DNA from: Fibrobacter succinogenes
GTDB taxonomy: Bacteria > Fibrobacterota > Fibrobacteria > Fibrobacterales > Fibrobacteraceae
NCBI RefSeq assembly: GCF_902771595.1
Contig: NZ_CACXXH010000001.1
Direction: 5' to 3' (one strand)
Length of the DNA: 64,000 bases
Shown here: positions 53,859 through 63,929 of the stretch, one piece after another
Numbering within the stretch: position 1 is the first letter of the stretch
Layout of the letters: every line of letters starts with the position of its first letter
The notes under the pieces: model-generated
Told to the model about the DNA's origin: nothing
Database searches by the model: none
What the model saw: the letters and a program-made list of their open reading frames with translations, nothing else
Made by a program: the position numbers and the translations under genes

Positions 53859-55193
53859 CTACGTATTTGCAGCATTTTTTGCAGTGATGTTTCTTACAAA
53901 GAAGCCAAATTCCATATTTTCTGTGTTTTTAAACACATCACCTTGCACAATGACTCGACCCTCTGTGCCGGGGTTCAATTTGTCTGCAGCCGCGCCACGA
54001 AAATCGAGAAGTCCAGACACCTCGCAAGGCACCATTCCCGAAGGCGTCATCAGTTCGAGAGAGTCATCCATCGTGAAGGGATTTTTCACGTTCACGCGGA
54101 AAGAATTCGATGCGGAATCGTAGTCTAGAATCTGCGCGGCGACGCACCCGCCCTGCGCTGCGACGTGCGTAGACTCGTAGTTCTGCGGCAAGGGGCCTTT
54201 GAGGAAGCCCGGCATAAACCCACGGCCATCTACAAAATCAATTGCACGACGAGACTCCTGTGGAACAAGTTCCGGCGAGCACTCCGCACCCGATTCAAGC
54301 GCATGCACTGTTGCATCAATCGTCATACGGTAGGCACGCACTACCTGACTGAGGTAGTACACCGAACGTGTGCGACCCTCTATCTTGAACGAATCCAAGC
54401 CGCCCTGTACAAGCGAAGGAACGACATCGAGCGCGCACAGATCGCGGCTGCTCATGAAGTACGTGCCCCAGGTATCTTCGTCCAGAGCGACTGGCGGAAG
54501 TTCGGGACGGTCAGTACGCTGGAGAGTAAATTCACCTTCGTGTTCGCGGTAGTCATCGGCCTGCGGGCCGGAATTCGCATAGAGCCTGTAAGGCATGCGG
54601 CAGCTGTTATCGCACGCGCCCTGGTTGGCGTCGCGGTGCGTGACCCAATTGCTCAACATACAACGTCCAGACATAGCCATACAAACGGCACCGTGAACGA
54701 ACACCTCCAGTTCCAGTCCGGGCAGTTTTTCTTTTATCTCCAAAATTTCAGACAAACGAAGTTCGCGACTCAATATGATGCGACGCACTCCCAGATCGTA
54801 CCAGAATTTTGCGGCAAGGTAATTCGTGGTATTAGCTTGTACAGAAAGGTGGATTTCCACATCGGGGCGCTCCTTCCTAAGCCAGCCCACGAAACCCGGG
54901 TCCGCGACAATCAGCGCATCGGGCTTGAGTTCAATCGCCTGCAGCAGAGCCTTCTGAAAAGCCTCCACCTTCACGTTGCGGGGAATCACGTTGCTCGTGA
55001 GATAAAACTTCTTCCCGAGGGAGCGCGCGTATGCGATACCTTCGGCGAGGTCGTCCAGGTTCTTGAACCCGTTTTCGCGCGAACGCAGGCTGAACGCGGG
55101 CTGCCCCGCATATACGGCGTCCGCACCGTAGGCGTACGCATACTTCATGCGGGTCAAGTCACCCGCCGGCGCTAAAAGTTCAGGCTTTTTCAT
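53859..55193 (-). CDS. Peptidase U32 family protein (PrtC/RlhA/TrhP-like)
   Basis: MKKPELLAPAGDLTRMKYAYAYGADAVYAG and the E-x-F-x-HGA-x-C-x-x-x-SGRC region (LEVFVHGAVCMAMSGRCMLSN). Confidence 0.88.
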   Translation of the reverse strand: MKKPELLAPAGDLTRMKYAYAYGADAVYAGQPAFSLRSRENGFKNLDDLAEGIAYARSLGKKFYLTSNVIPRNVKVEAFQKALLQAIELKPDALIVADPGFVGWLRKERPDVEIHLSVQANTTNYLAAKFWYDLGVRRIILSRELRLSEILEIKEKLPGLELEVFVHGAVCMAMSGRCMLSNWVTHRDANQGACDNSCRMPYRLYANSGPQADDYREHEGEFTLQRTDRPELPPVALDEDTWGTYFMSSRDLCALDVVPSLVQGGLDSFKIEGRTRSVYYLSQVVRAYRMTIDATVHALESGAECSPELVPQESRRAIDFVDGRGFMPGFLKGPLPQNYESTHVAAQGGCVAAQILDYDSASNSFRVNVKNPFTMDDSLELMTPSGMVPCEVSGLLDFRGAAADKLNPGTEGRVIVQGDVFKNTENMEFGFFVRNITAKNAANT

Positions 55194-55208
55194 TCTCTAT
55201 ATAAATTC

Positions 55209-55229
55209 TAGTAACTATTAACTAAGAAC
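55209..55229 (-). repeat. Heptad-periodic repeat, 3 units. Plus strand: TAGTAAC TATTAAC TAAGAAC. Sense strand: TTAGTTA ATAGTTA CTAGAAT
   Basis: Read directly. It lies in the 53-nt spacer between the Wzi-like gene and the U32 gene, after a GCGGC-GAA-GCCGC hairpin. AAATTCTAGTAACTA (55203-55217) is identical to 3539-3553. Confidence 0.65.
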
Positions 55230-55246
55230 TGCGGCGAAGCCGCTTC

Positions 55247-56875
55247 CTACCACTTGAATCCGGCGCGGAGATACGCCTTGCGGTCGTCAATGAAGGTAAT
55301 CTCGCCCATGAAGCTCACGTACTGTCCTTCGTAGCTAATCGAGGGAGTAAGCGAGTACTGCATCTTCGCTCCGTCAAGGAACTTCTTGGGAGTCTTCATG
55401 TGGTTACGGCGCGGAGTCGTGTCGTTCACGGCGCTACCGTAATCCGTTCCCTTCCAGAACCAGGTATTGCGAAGAGACGCAAAGATGTGTTTGTCCAGGC
55501 GCGCATACACGTTCCAGTCAATCGTCTGGCTGTTGGGGCCACCCTGGTTCCCGAGCGGGTAACCGAGATGCGCAATCTGCGCCGTGTTCTTCTCGAAATG
55601 CGAATACACGTAAGGTTCGACGCGGGCGTATTCAGCAAGCGTTCCCACTTCGAGCAGGTGTCCCTTCAAATAGAAGTTGTGACCCGCCTGGAAACCCGCC
55701 ATCCAAGCCCACTTGGCTTCGATGTTGTCGTTCTTTATGAGACTGATCGGAGATTCCATATCGTCGAGGAAAAATTCCGTATAAATTCTCGCCGTGTTGA
55801 ACAGGCGATAGTTGATGTCAAACGCGAGAGAACCGTTGTTGGTATTTTCGCTGTAGTTTCCCTTTTCCATGAACAGCGGAACAGTCGGCACAATAAGCCA
55901 AGGCTTCAGGTTATCGTAAAGCACCGTGAGCTCGCTGATGCCAAACGTTCCGTTCCCAATCGCAAGTTCATAGCGATGGCCGAACACGTTGCGTTCTTCC
56001 TTGTTGTCCATGCTCATGCTGTTGTTGACAATTCGCAAGTCGCCATAGAAGCTGAAAACGCGGAGCGGTCCGAACTGCAAGTCCACAGAAAGCATGTTGT
56101 ACGGAAGCGCGAACTGGTTCAAAGACAAGTTGTTGTAATAGCCCGGGCCCCAGTGGAGCACGTCGCGGGCAAGGTCAACGCGAATCCAGTCGTAGTTGAA
56201 CGCGAAATGCGTACGGTAGCGCGCATAGCTCGTATATTCCACGCCGGAATTATTTTCTTCTTTCTGCACTTCCAAAAATTCGTGGTCCCACGACCTCGAC
56301 TTTTTCGCGGAGTGTCCTTCGTCGTAAATGCGGGCGTCGAGCACGAACTCAAGCGAATCCGCATAGCCGCGCAGGTAGATACCGCCATCGATACCCGGCC
56401 ATATGGTATCGCCAAGATTATCGCTCCTGCGGTTGTCTATGTCGTTGATATATTCCCCGCCGCGGTAATCGATACCGCCGACGATACTCGTCGCAATCGC
56501 GAACTTCGGGAGTTGCCCCGCACGAAGGGCTTCGAGATTCTTGACGCAGGAAGTATCACCCTCATGGCACTGCAGCTCAAGCCCGTGCCCGGAAATAGCT
56601 CCTCCCCGCAGGTTGTCGTAATAGAGCAGCGCCTTTCCCTCGGTATTCACGAAGCGCTTGATAAACGTGGTATCGCGCCGCGGGTAGGTAAAGAACTGAC
56701 GCTCGTCGCCCACAGTCTGCCTGTGGTATTCGAAGAGCATCGGGGCAGTCTCGAGCGTGCGCAGGCCACGGGCGCGTTCGGTCCCGATAACCGGAGATGC
56801 GGCAAACGCCTGCAAGGGAATCAGCGACAGGAATGCCGCCGCGAAAAAAAGCGTACGTGATTTTTCAAGAATCAT
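55247..56875 (-). CDS. Outer-membrane beta-barrel protein, Wzi-like (capsule assembly family)
   Basis: It has a signal peptide. LHWGPGYYNNLSLNQFALPY resembles the Wzi WGPG motif, and the C-terminus ends in an aromatic residue (GFKW). I chose the ATG at 56875. Confidence 0.55.
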   Translation of the reverse strand: MILEKSRTLFFAAAFLSLIPLQAFAASPVIGTERARGLRTLETAPMLFEYHRQTVGDERQFFTYPRRDTTFIKRFVNTEGKALLYYDNLRGGAISGHGLELQCHEGDTSCVKNLEALRAGQLPKFAIATSIVGGIDYRGGEYINDIDNRRSDNLGDTIWPGIDGGIYLRGYADSLEFVLDARIYDEGHSAKKSRSWDHEFLEVQKEENNSGVEYTSYARYRTHFAFNYDWIRVDLARDVLHWGPGYYNNLSLNQFALPYNMLSVDLQFGPLRVFSFYGDLRIVNNSMSMDNKEERNVFGHRYELAIGNGTFGISELTVLYDNLKPWLIVPTVPLFMEKGNYSENTNNGSLAFDINYRLFNTARIYTEFFLDDMESPISLIKNDNIEAKWAWMAGFQAGHNFYLKGHLLEVGTLAEYARVEPYVYSHFEKNTAQIAHLGYPLGNQGGPNSQTIDWNVYARLDKHIFASLRNTWFWKGTDYGSAVNDTTPRRNHMKTPKKFLDGAKMQYSLTPSISYEGQYVSFMGEITFIDDRKAYLRAGFKW

Positions 56876-57077
56876 AACCACAATTTAGCTTTTTCATCCG
56901 TTGTCATTTTTTCAACAAGATTGTTTTCGGCCACTTTCGTCCCAAACGGAACCAAAGCCCCCGATTTCCCGAAAATTTTTTTTTAAAGATTCACAAAACA
57001 GCCCAAAAAAGCCATTCAATCTAAATATCTTTTTCACATAAGCCCCACGGGGTTTCATTTGGTCTAAGGATGTTATC

Positions 57078-58847
57078 ATGAAAACAAGAACTCAAAAGTG
57101 TTTGGCGTTTATCTCCGCATTCGCATTCGCACTCACCGCCTGTTCCGACGAACCATCGGGCGTGCAGGCAAGCGAAAACAGCGAGACAGATAAGCCGCTC
57201 CAAGAAGAATCCACAAAGAAGATGTGCCTCTCCGAAGAGTACACGGGCCACTACGCCGAAGACGGCGAAACAATCCTGTGTTTCGATGCGACAGGCGATC
57301 TCATTTTCTGGATAGATGCAGACGGAATTATCGGCCTACCGAATTCCAGTTCGGGAACATCTCCCAGCAATAATCCTGCAACGCAGTCTTCCGCCGGTAA
57401 CGGCACCGACACGGGCTCGTCACCTGCCGGCAGCTCCTCGTCGAGCATGGTTTCGCCGGCAAGCAGCGCCACCACAAGCGCAACAAACAAGGCTTCCGAC
57501 GGCAACGCTCCCGCCATCACGTACACGGCCTCCGGCGCGACCATCACAAAGAACAACGGCTGCGTCGAAGTGAACGGCGGCGAGGTCGTCATCACCTGCG
57601 CGGGCGAATACAACTTCAGCGGAACCTACACGGGCAGCGACGCGCAAATCCGCGTGTACTCCCCCAAGAGCGATAGCGGGGTCTACCTGAACCTGCGCGG
57701 GCTTGCGCTCACCAACAACGCAGACGCCCCCATCTACGTGCAGATGGCAAGCAAGGTTTTCGTCGTCGCAAAAAGCGGCACCGAAAACACCTTCACCGAC
57801 GCGAGCACCCGCACCAAGACGCATAGCTACGTGAACGCGAACGGCGAAACGAAAACCGACACCACGGGCGCCTGCATCTACGCGAAAGACGACCTCACCA
57901 TCAAAGGCGAAGGCACCCTCACCGTGAAGGGCAACTACAACAACGGCATCCATTCCAGCAACGACCTACGTTTCCGCGGCGAGACCATCGTGAACGTTTC
58001 CGCGAAAAACCACGGCCTCAAGGGCAAGGAACTTGTCGACATCGAAAAGGGCAACATCACCATCAACGCGACCAGCGGCGACGGCATCCACAGCGACATG
58101 AACGTAGTCCTGACCGGCGGCAACGTCAAGGTCAACGCGGGCGATGACGGCATCCACGCCGACTCCGCGCTCCACCTGGCCGGCTCCACCGTGAACGTCG
58201 AGAAGGCTGGCGAAGGCATGGAAGCGTTCTACATCTTCGCGGAAGGCGGCGTCACTGCGACCTACGGCACCGACGACGGCTGGAACGCCGCGGGCGGTTC
58301 TGCCGACGGTTCCACCAGCACGGGCGGCAACCAAGGCGGCTGGGGCATGGGCATGGGCGACATGCAGAGCAGTTCCAAGGGTTACATCGTCATCACCGGC
58401 GGCTACCACTACATCAGCGCCTCGGGCAACGACATCGACGTACTCGACGCAAACGGCACGGCGAAGCAGAGCGGCGGCGTAGTCATCCTAGAGATACCCA
58501 GCAGCAGCGGCGGCATGGGCGGTATGGGCGGAGGAAGACCCGGCAGCGGCAGCAGCAGCGGATGCTCCACCAACATGGCCGGCGGCCTCATCGACACCGA
58601 CAACGGGTTCACCATCACGGGCGGGGTGCTGCTCGGATTCGGGAACCAGACCGAGGAATACCCGAACTGCGGGAAGGTCTCGTACACGGCGGGCTCGGCC
58701 TACGGAAGCGCCGACGCGGCGTTCACCCCCAAGGGCTCGGGCAGCATGATCGTCTACGGCGGTTCCGTAACCTCCGTCGGGGAAGTGAACACGAGCGGTA
58801 TGCAGGTGCTGGAATTCCCCAACGGGCTCAAGTATTATTACAAATAA
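57078..58847 (+). CDS. Lipoprotein with a Cthe_2159-like (DUF4353) beta-helix carbohydrate-binding domain
   Basis: Lipobox LTAC. Repeated beta-helix rungs are NATSGDGIHSDMNVVLTGGNVKVNAGDDGIHADSALHLAGSTVNV, followed by a Gly-rich segment. Confidence 0.65.
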   Translation: MKTRTQKCLAFISAFAFALTACSDEPSGVQASENSETDKPLQEESTKKMCLSEEYTGHYAEDGETILCFDATGDLIFWIDADGIIGLPNSSSGTSPSNNPATQSSAGNGTDTGSSPAGSSSSSMVSPASSATTSATNKASDGNAPAITYTASGATITKNNGCVEVNGGEVVITCAGEYNFSGTYTGSDAQIRVYSPKSDSGVYLNLRGLALTNNADAPIYVQMASKVFVVAKSGTENTFTDASTRTKTHSYVNANGETKTDTTGACIYAKDDLTIKGEGTLTVKGNYNNGIHSSNDLRFRGETIVNVSAKNHGLKGKELVDIEKGNITINATSGDGIHSDMNVVLTGGNVKVNAGDDGIHADSALHLAGSTVNVEKAGEGMEAFYIFAEGGVTATYGTDDGWNAAGGSADGSTSTGGNQGGWGMGMGDMQSSSKGYIVITGGYHYISASGNDIDVLDANGTAKQSGGVVILEIPSSSGGMGGMGGGRPGSGSSSGCSTNMAGGLIDTDNGFTITGGVLLGFGNQTEEYPNCGKVSYTAGSAYGSADAAFTPKGSGSMIVYGGSVTSVGEVNTSGMQVLEFPNGLKYYYK

Positions 58848-58970
58848 ACGGGAAATAAGGCCAAAATCGCAAAAGTGAGCCCCGTCACACGGCAAAAATA
58901 TTTTTGCAAACAACCTTACCAATCCCGAAATTATTTGCTATTGTTGTAAGTACTCCAAACCAACCCCAAA

Positions 58971-59030
58971 AGCCAGGCAGCGAAAGTGTACACACTTGCA
59001 TTGCCTGGCTCCTTTTTTTTAGTTAGTGTG
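58971..59030 (+). terminator. Intrinsic terminator (AGCCAGGCA ... TGCCTGGCT followed by CCTTTTTTTT)
   Basis: 9-bp outer stem with an internal palindrome GTGTACAC in the loop and a T8 tract. It lies about 125 nt downstream of the 57078..58847 stop. Confidence 0.6.
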
Positions 59031-59129
59031 ATATTTCAACCAATAAACCGGTTATTTCTATATAAAGCAGTCCCACATACGTAAAAAAAAGGTAATTTAA
59101 TTGTGTATGGTACCCCGAACGAGGTTTCA

Positions 59130-62100
59130 ATGGTTTCTTTGCGCTCTTTTGTAACTATAGTCTGCTCGACCGCCCTGTTTGCCTACGCCCAGGTGGAGTT
59201 CCCCATGGGTTCCGAGGTCGTCAACGTGAAGGAAGACCCCTACAACGCCAAGGGCGACGGCAAAAACGATGATACCGAAGCTATCCAGAAAGCCCTGAGC
59301 GACCACCCGGACGGTGACTACATCATCTACCTCCCGCACGGCATCTACAAGATTACCTCGGCCCTCCAGTGGCCTTCCGCGAACAAGCCCGACAAGGATT
59401 ACCGGCGCACCATCCTCCAGGGCGAAAGCATGGGCGGAACCATCATCGCCCTCCAAGACGACGTCCCCGGATTCGAGAACCCGGATTTCCCGCAGGCGGT
59501 CATCTACACGGGTGACGGCCCGAACCCGAGACAGAGGAACTCCATCCGCGACCTCACGCTCCGCACCGGCAAGAAGAACCCCGGCGCCATCGGTATCCGC
59601 TTCAACGCCTCCGTGCAGGGCACCATCAACAACGTGAAGGTCACCTCGGGCGACAGCTCGGGCGTCATCGGCATCGACGTGGGCTTCACCGAGAACATCG
59701 GCCCGCTGCTCATCAAGAACGTGGAAGTCGACGGTTTCGACGTGGGTATCTACGCCGCGGGCAAATCGAACAGCATGACATTCGAGCACGTGACCCTCAG
59801 CGGGCAGAAGAAATTCGGCCTCGACAACGACGGCCAGATGCTCTCCATCCGCGCGATGCGCTACAAGGGCGGCGCCACCGCAGTCTACAACCACGGGCAA
59901 GACGCTTCGATGGTCCTCGTGGACGGCACCCTCGAATACGATCCGGGCAAAAAAGGCGCCAAGCCGATTACCGCAATCGTGAACGAAGGGCAATTCTTCG
60001 CGCGTTCCGTCGTGGTAAGCAAGTTCAAGTCCAAGATCAAGAGCACCAAGAAGGCCTACAACGAGTCGGTATCCAACACCGAAATTGTCGAGTTCGCCAC
60101 GCAGCAGAACCACCAGCTCTGCCACAGCCCCAAGAATTCCATGAAGCTCGCCGTCACCGAGACCCCGAACAATACCGAGCAGAAGTCCATGTACTGGACC
60201 TCCATCACCGGTGAATACGGCGGCAAGGCGAACGACGGCTCCGACGACTCCAAGGCAATCCAGGACGCCATCGACGACGGCGCCGAAACGATATTCTTCC
60301 CGCCGGGAGGCCGCTGGACCATCAACCGCGACATCTACTTGCGCAACCGTATCCACAGGCTCATCGGTACCGAAGGCAAAATCGACGGCAAGGGCAAGTT
60401 CATCATCGAGGACGGCGCATTCGTCGACCTCACCATCGAGCGTTTCTCCACGTTTGCTAGCGGCATCACGAACCGCTCCAAGCGCACCCTCATCCTCAAG
60501 AACATGTACCTCAAGTCGTACGAATCCGACGACTTCTCCACGGGCGACATCTTCATGGAAGACGTAGCCGTGGGCACAATACGGACGAACCAGCAGCGCC
60601 TGTGGGGTCGCCAAATCACCATGACCGGCGACACCAAGGGCCCGAAGATTTCCAATAACGGCGGTACCATCTGGATTCTCGGCCTCACCGCCAAAGACGG
60701 CAACACCGTCCTCCACAACTTCAACAAGGGCTCGGCCGAACTCCTGGGCGTGAACGTCATCGCGAGCGACAAGGCGAAGAACAACCCGATGTTCATCAAC
60801 GACAACTCGAACATCTCCATCATCGGCCTCAAGGAAACGCTCACCCGCGGCAACCCCTACTCCAAAGTAGTCGAGGAATCCCGCCAGGGTTCGAAGGTCT
60901 ACGCCCTCAAGAACACGGAACTCCCCCACAACGAGACCGGCGGATCCATGTTGGCGCTCTACACCGGCTATGCGCCCAAGCAGGGCCAGAACGAACCGCC
61001 CAAGGCCGCCATCACGAAGGAAAACATCCTGGTCCAGCCCAACAAGCTCCACCTTGTAGGAAACGTGGAAGACGACGGCCGCGGCGACGGCCTCTGCCGC
61101 GTCCCCGTAGTCTGGAAGAAGGGCGCGGGCCCTGGAAAGGTCACCTTCTCCGATTCCCTCGAATATGAAACTGACGTGACGTTCACCGCTAGCGGGCGCT
61201 ACAACGTGCTGTTCAAGGCGAACGACGGCTACACCGAAGGTACCGACACCGGCAAGGTCTATGTGTTCGATAAGCGCTACACCACGCTCGACCACAGCGG
61301 CGACAACATCCCGAGCGGCCGCGGCATGGACGCCTGGATTTCGCAGTTCGACAACTACACGCCGCACAGCACCGACGAGAACCTGCGCATCGCCCACGAC
61401 AAGAATGATGCCGGAAAGATTTACCTCAAGTTCGACCTGTCCGCGCTCCCGGGCCCGCTCTTCGATGCCGCCCTCAAGCTCGACTTCGATGCGGACTCCA
61501 TCAAGAAGCCCGTGCAGCTCAACATCTTCGGCCTGAAGGAATCCGCGAAAGACGCGACCTTCGGCGAAGACAAGCTGGGCATCGACTGGAAGAGCGACGA
61601 ACTCACGTGGGAAAACGCGCCGGCCAACCTCGACCAGCCCGGCGGCCAGTTCAACATCCGCAAGAACTCCGGCGGCGGCATCGACACCAAGTACGCCGAC
61701 TTCCTCGGGATTATCACCATCAACCCGAAGGCCCCGCTCGGCGCCTTCCTGCGCACCCCCACGCTCACTGAATTCTTCAAACGCAAGCACGCCTCAGGCC
61801 TCTACACGCTCATCCTCACCGCGGTCGAACCCGGCGAGACCTTCATCAAGTCCAGGAACGCGGGCAGGAACTCGGCGCCTGCGCTCTACGTCGGGTACTA
61901 CGACAACTCCCGTTCCGTGGGCGGCGAGGCGATGGACGGCGGCTACACGCTCTCGAAGGTGAACATCGACATCGTGAACCTGGACTGCAACTTCGACCTC
62001 ACCGTCGGCTACCCGCAGTTCGTGCAGATCGAAATCATAAACGAGTCGGGCAAGCGCATGCTCACGGTCGCCGCCCGCGAACTCGCCGGCGAAAAGAAGA

Positions 62101-62204
62101 CCAACTTCAAGTTCAAGGCGAAGGCGTTCCCCACTGGCAAGTACACTCTCAAGATCATCGGCGAGGCATTCACCGCCGAACAGAAATTCTTCATCCTCAA
62201 CTAA
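59130..62204 (+). CDS. Secreted protein with two pectate-lyase-fold (GH55-like) beta-helix domains, a possible DNRLRE-like domain and a T9SS-type C-terminal domain
   Basis: I chose the ATG at 59130 (MVSLRSFVTIVCSTALFAYA). There are two Pectate_lyase_3-type openers (YNAKGDGKNDDTEAIQKAL and GGKANDGSDDSKAIQDAI). The C-terminal ~80 aa (VQIEIINESGKRML...FPTGKYTLKIIGEAFTAEQKFFILN) resemble a Por-secretion tail. Confidence 0.7.
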   Translation: MVSLRSFVTIVCSTALFAYAQVEFPMGSEVVNVKEDPYNAKGDGKNDDTEAIQKALSDHPDGDYIIYLPHGIYKITSALQWPSANKPDKDYRRTILQGESMGGTIIALQDDVPGFENPDFPQAVIYTGDGPNPRQRNSIRDLTLRTGKKNPGAIGIRFNASVQGTINNVKVTSGDSSGVIGIDVGFTENIGPLLIKNVEVDGFDVGIYAAGKSNSMTFEHVTLSGQKKFGLDNDGQMLSIRAMRYKGGATAVYNHGQDASMVLVDGTLEYDPGKKGAKPITAIVNEGQFFARSVVVSKFKSKIKSTKKAYNESVSNTEIVEFATQQNHQLCHSPKNSMKLAVTETPNNTEQKSMYWTSITGEYGGKANDGSDDSKAIQDAIDDGAETIFFPPGGRWTINRDIYLRNRIHRLIGTEGKIDGKGKFIIEDGAFVDLTIERFSTFASGITNRSKRTLILKNMYLKSYESDDFSTGDIFMEDVAVGTIRTNQQRLWGRQITMTGDTKGPKISNNGGTIWILGLTAKDGNTVLHNFNKGSAELLGVNVIASDKAKNNPMFINDNSNISIIGLKETLTRGNPYSKVVEESRQGSKVYALKNTELPHNETGGSMLALYTGYAPKQGQNEPPKAAITKENILVQPNKLHLVGNVEDDGRGDGLCRVPVVWKKGAGPGKVTFSDSLEYETDVTFTASGRYNVLFKANDGYTEGTDTGKVYVFDKRYTTLDHSGDNIPSGRGMDAWISQFDNYTPHSTDENLRIAHDKNDAGKIYLKFDLSALPGPLFDAALKLDFDADSIKKPVQLNIFGLKESAKDATFGEDKLGIDWKSDELTWENAPANLDQPGGQFNIRKNSGGGIDTKYADFLGIITINPKAPLGAFLRTPTLTEFFKRKHASGLYTLILTAVEPGETFIKSRNAGRNSAPALYVGYYDNSRSVGGEAMDGGYTLSKVNIDIVNLDCNFDLTVGYPQFVQIEIINESGKRMLTVAARELAGEKKTNFKFKAKAFPTGKYTLKIIGEAFTAEQKFFILN

Positions 62205-62225
62205 CGCAATCTGACCGGTACGAAC

Positions 62226-63929
62226 ATGAACAAACTCCTTTCTGCATTACTCATTCCGGCAGCGCTCTTCGTAGCCTGTAGCGAACAGACTCACACGAAC
62301 ACCTCGTCCGTCACCGACGGCAACGAGAGCTTCGCAGAAGAGTCGTTCAGTTCCAGTTCCTCGCTCACCACGAGGCTCGACATCGATTACCGCGACACGC
62401 TCGTCTCGGGCGACACGATGAACTTCTACATGGAGTTCGCCTCCTGGGATACCATCACCGTCGAGAGGGACACGAGCGACGAGGATTCGAAGGATTCCAC
62501 CTACGTACAGAAAATCTGCCACGACGACATCCTCTGCCTCGACAGCGCCAACACAACCGTTTCGCTGTTCCTGGGCGACTTCCCCAAGGGCACGCGCATC
62601 TCCGTGCTCGCCGCGACTAGTGACATGGAGAACGACACCATCCGCATTCGCGGCGAAAAGAGCGGCAACCTCCGCACGCTCATGCCCGTGTACGATACCA
62701 AAAAGAAGGATTCCGTCTATAGCGACTACATGATTCCGGGCTCCGGCGCCGACATGATCCCCAACAGTTTCATTGCGTTCAACGACGACTTCTACTACCT
62801 CGAACTCGCCGCAAAATTCGACACCTCGGCGCACCTGCGCATCAAGGCTGACGTCGACACCGGCTTCTACAACTATACGGGCGATTCCGCGCAAGTAGAC
62901 ATCGACCTGCGCGACACCGTGCGCGGCATCCTCGTCATCGGCGAGGCCCCGAAGAAAATCGACGTGAAGTTCAAGGTGGAGACCGGGTTCAGCGTGAACC
63001 TCTCCGTGCAGGGCTACAGCATCAACAAGTTCGAAATTCTCGACCAGGACGAGCACGTCTACAGCCCCGACGCCGACACGCTCGACACCCTGCTCGTCAC
63101 CAACTCCAACACCGAATGGACGCTCTCGCTTTACCCGAGCAACGTCGTGAGCTTCGTTTCCGGGCCCTTCGCGACCTTCGAGGCCGCCACCCGCTTCCGC
63201 AGGCTGAACCAGGGCGAATACCTCGCCAAGCCCGACTCCATCATCTACCCCGGCGATACGCTCACCGTGGTGCGCCCCGCGAACGACTCCACCAAGTACT
63301 ACCTGCGGCAAGACCACTACGTGTGGCTCGCCGACCTCAAGAAGGGCGACTCCCTAGTCGTGTACCACGAGATGGCGGGCTACTGCAAGTACCAGGAATG
63401 CAAGGGCACCCCGCGCGCCTCCTACTGGCTCATAAACGACAAGGGCGACTCCGTGGGCACCATCAGCAGCCTCGAGCACAGCTACAAGGCCAAGAAGGAC
63501 GGCCCCGTCTACCTGCGCTACCTGCAGCTCAATTCCAAGGCCTTGACCGACTCGAACCTCACCCTCAGGACGTTCATCCAGAGGCCCGGGTCGCTCGACT
63601 CCCTCAAGTTCTACAACGAAGCCAAGGACGAGACCTACACCACCAAGCGCGTGAAGGCCGGCGACACCGTGAAGCTCTCGGAATTCGCCTTCCAGACCGT
63701 CCCCTACAAGACGAGTTCCAACGTCAAGTGGTTCGTCCCCTGCGAAGACCTGACCATCATCGGTACCGCTTCTTACCTGAGCCAGATCGAGAACTGCAAG
63801 GGCGAACAGGAGATATCCTCGTTCTACCTCATCGCGCAGGATGACGCCACCGACAAGGACGCGCGCCTCATCGCGCAGAGCATGGCCGACCCCCTCATGA
63901 GGGACACATTGACCATAAATGTGCGCTAA
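62226..63929 (+). CDS. Lipoprotein of unknown function
   Basis: 567 aa with lipobox FVAC, starting 21 nt after the preceding gene. No family recognised. Confidence 0.65.
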   Translation: MNKLLSALLIPAALFVACSEQTHTNTSSVTDGNESFAEESFSSSSSLTTRLDIDYRDTLVSGDTMNFYMEFASWDTITVERDTSDEDSKDSTYVQKICHDDILCLDSANTTVSLFLGDFPKGTRISVLAATSDMENDTIRIRGEKSGNLRTLMPVYDTKKKDSVYSDYMIPGSGADMIPNSFIAFNDDFYYLELAAKFDTSAHLRIKADVDTGFYNYTGDSAQVDIDLRDTVRGILVIGEAPKKIDVKFKVETGFSVNLSVQGYSINKFEILDQDEHVYSPDADTLDTLLVTNSNTEWTLSLYPSNVVSFVSGPFATFEAATRFRRLNQGEYLAKPDSIIYPGDTLTVVRPANDSTKYYLRQDHYVWLADLKKGDSLVVYHEMAGYCKYQECKGTPRASYWLINDKGDSVGTISSLEHSYKAKKDGPVYLRYLQLNSKALTDSNLTLRTFIQRPGSLDSLKFYNEAKDETYTTKRVKAGDTVKLSEFAFQTVPYKTSSNVKWFVPCEDLTIIGTASYLSQIENCKGEQEISSFYLIAQDDATDKDARLIAQSMADPLMRDTLTINVR

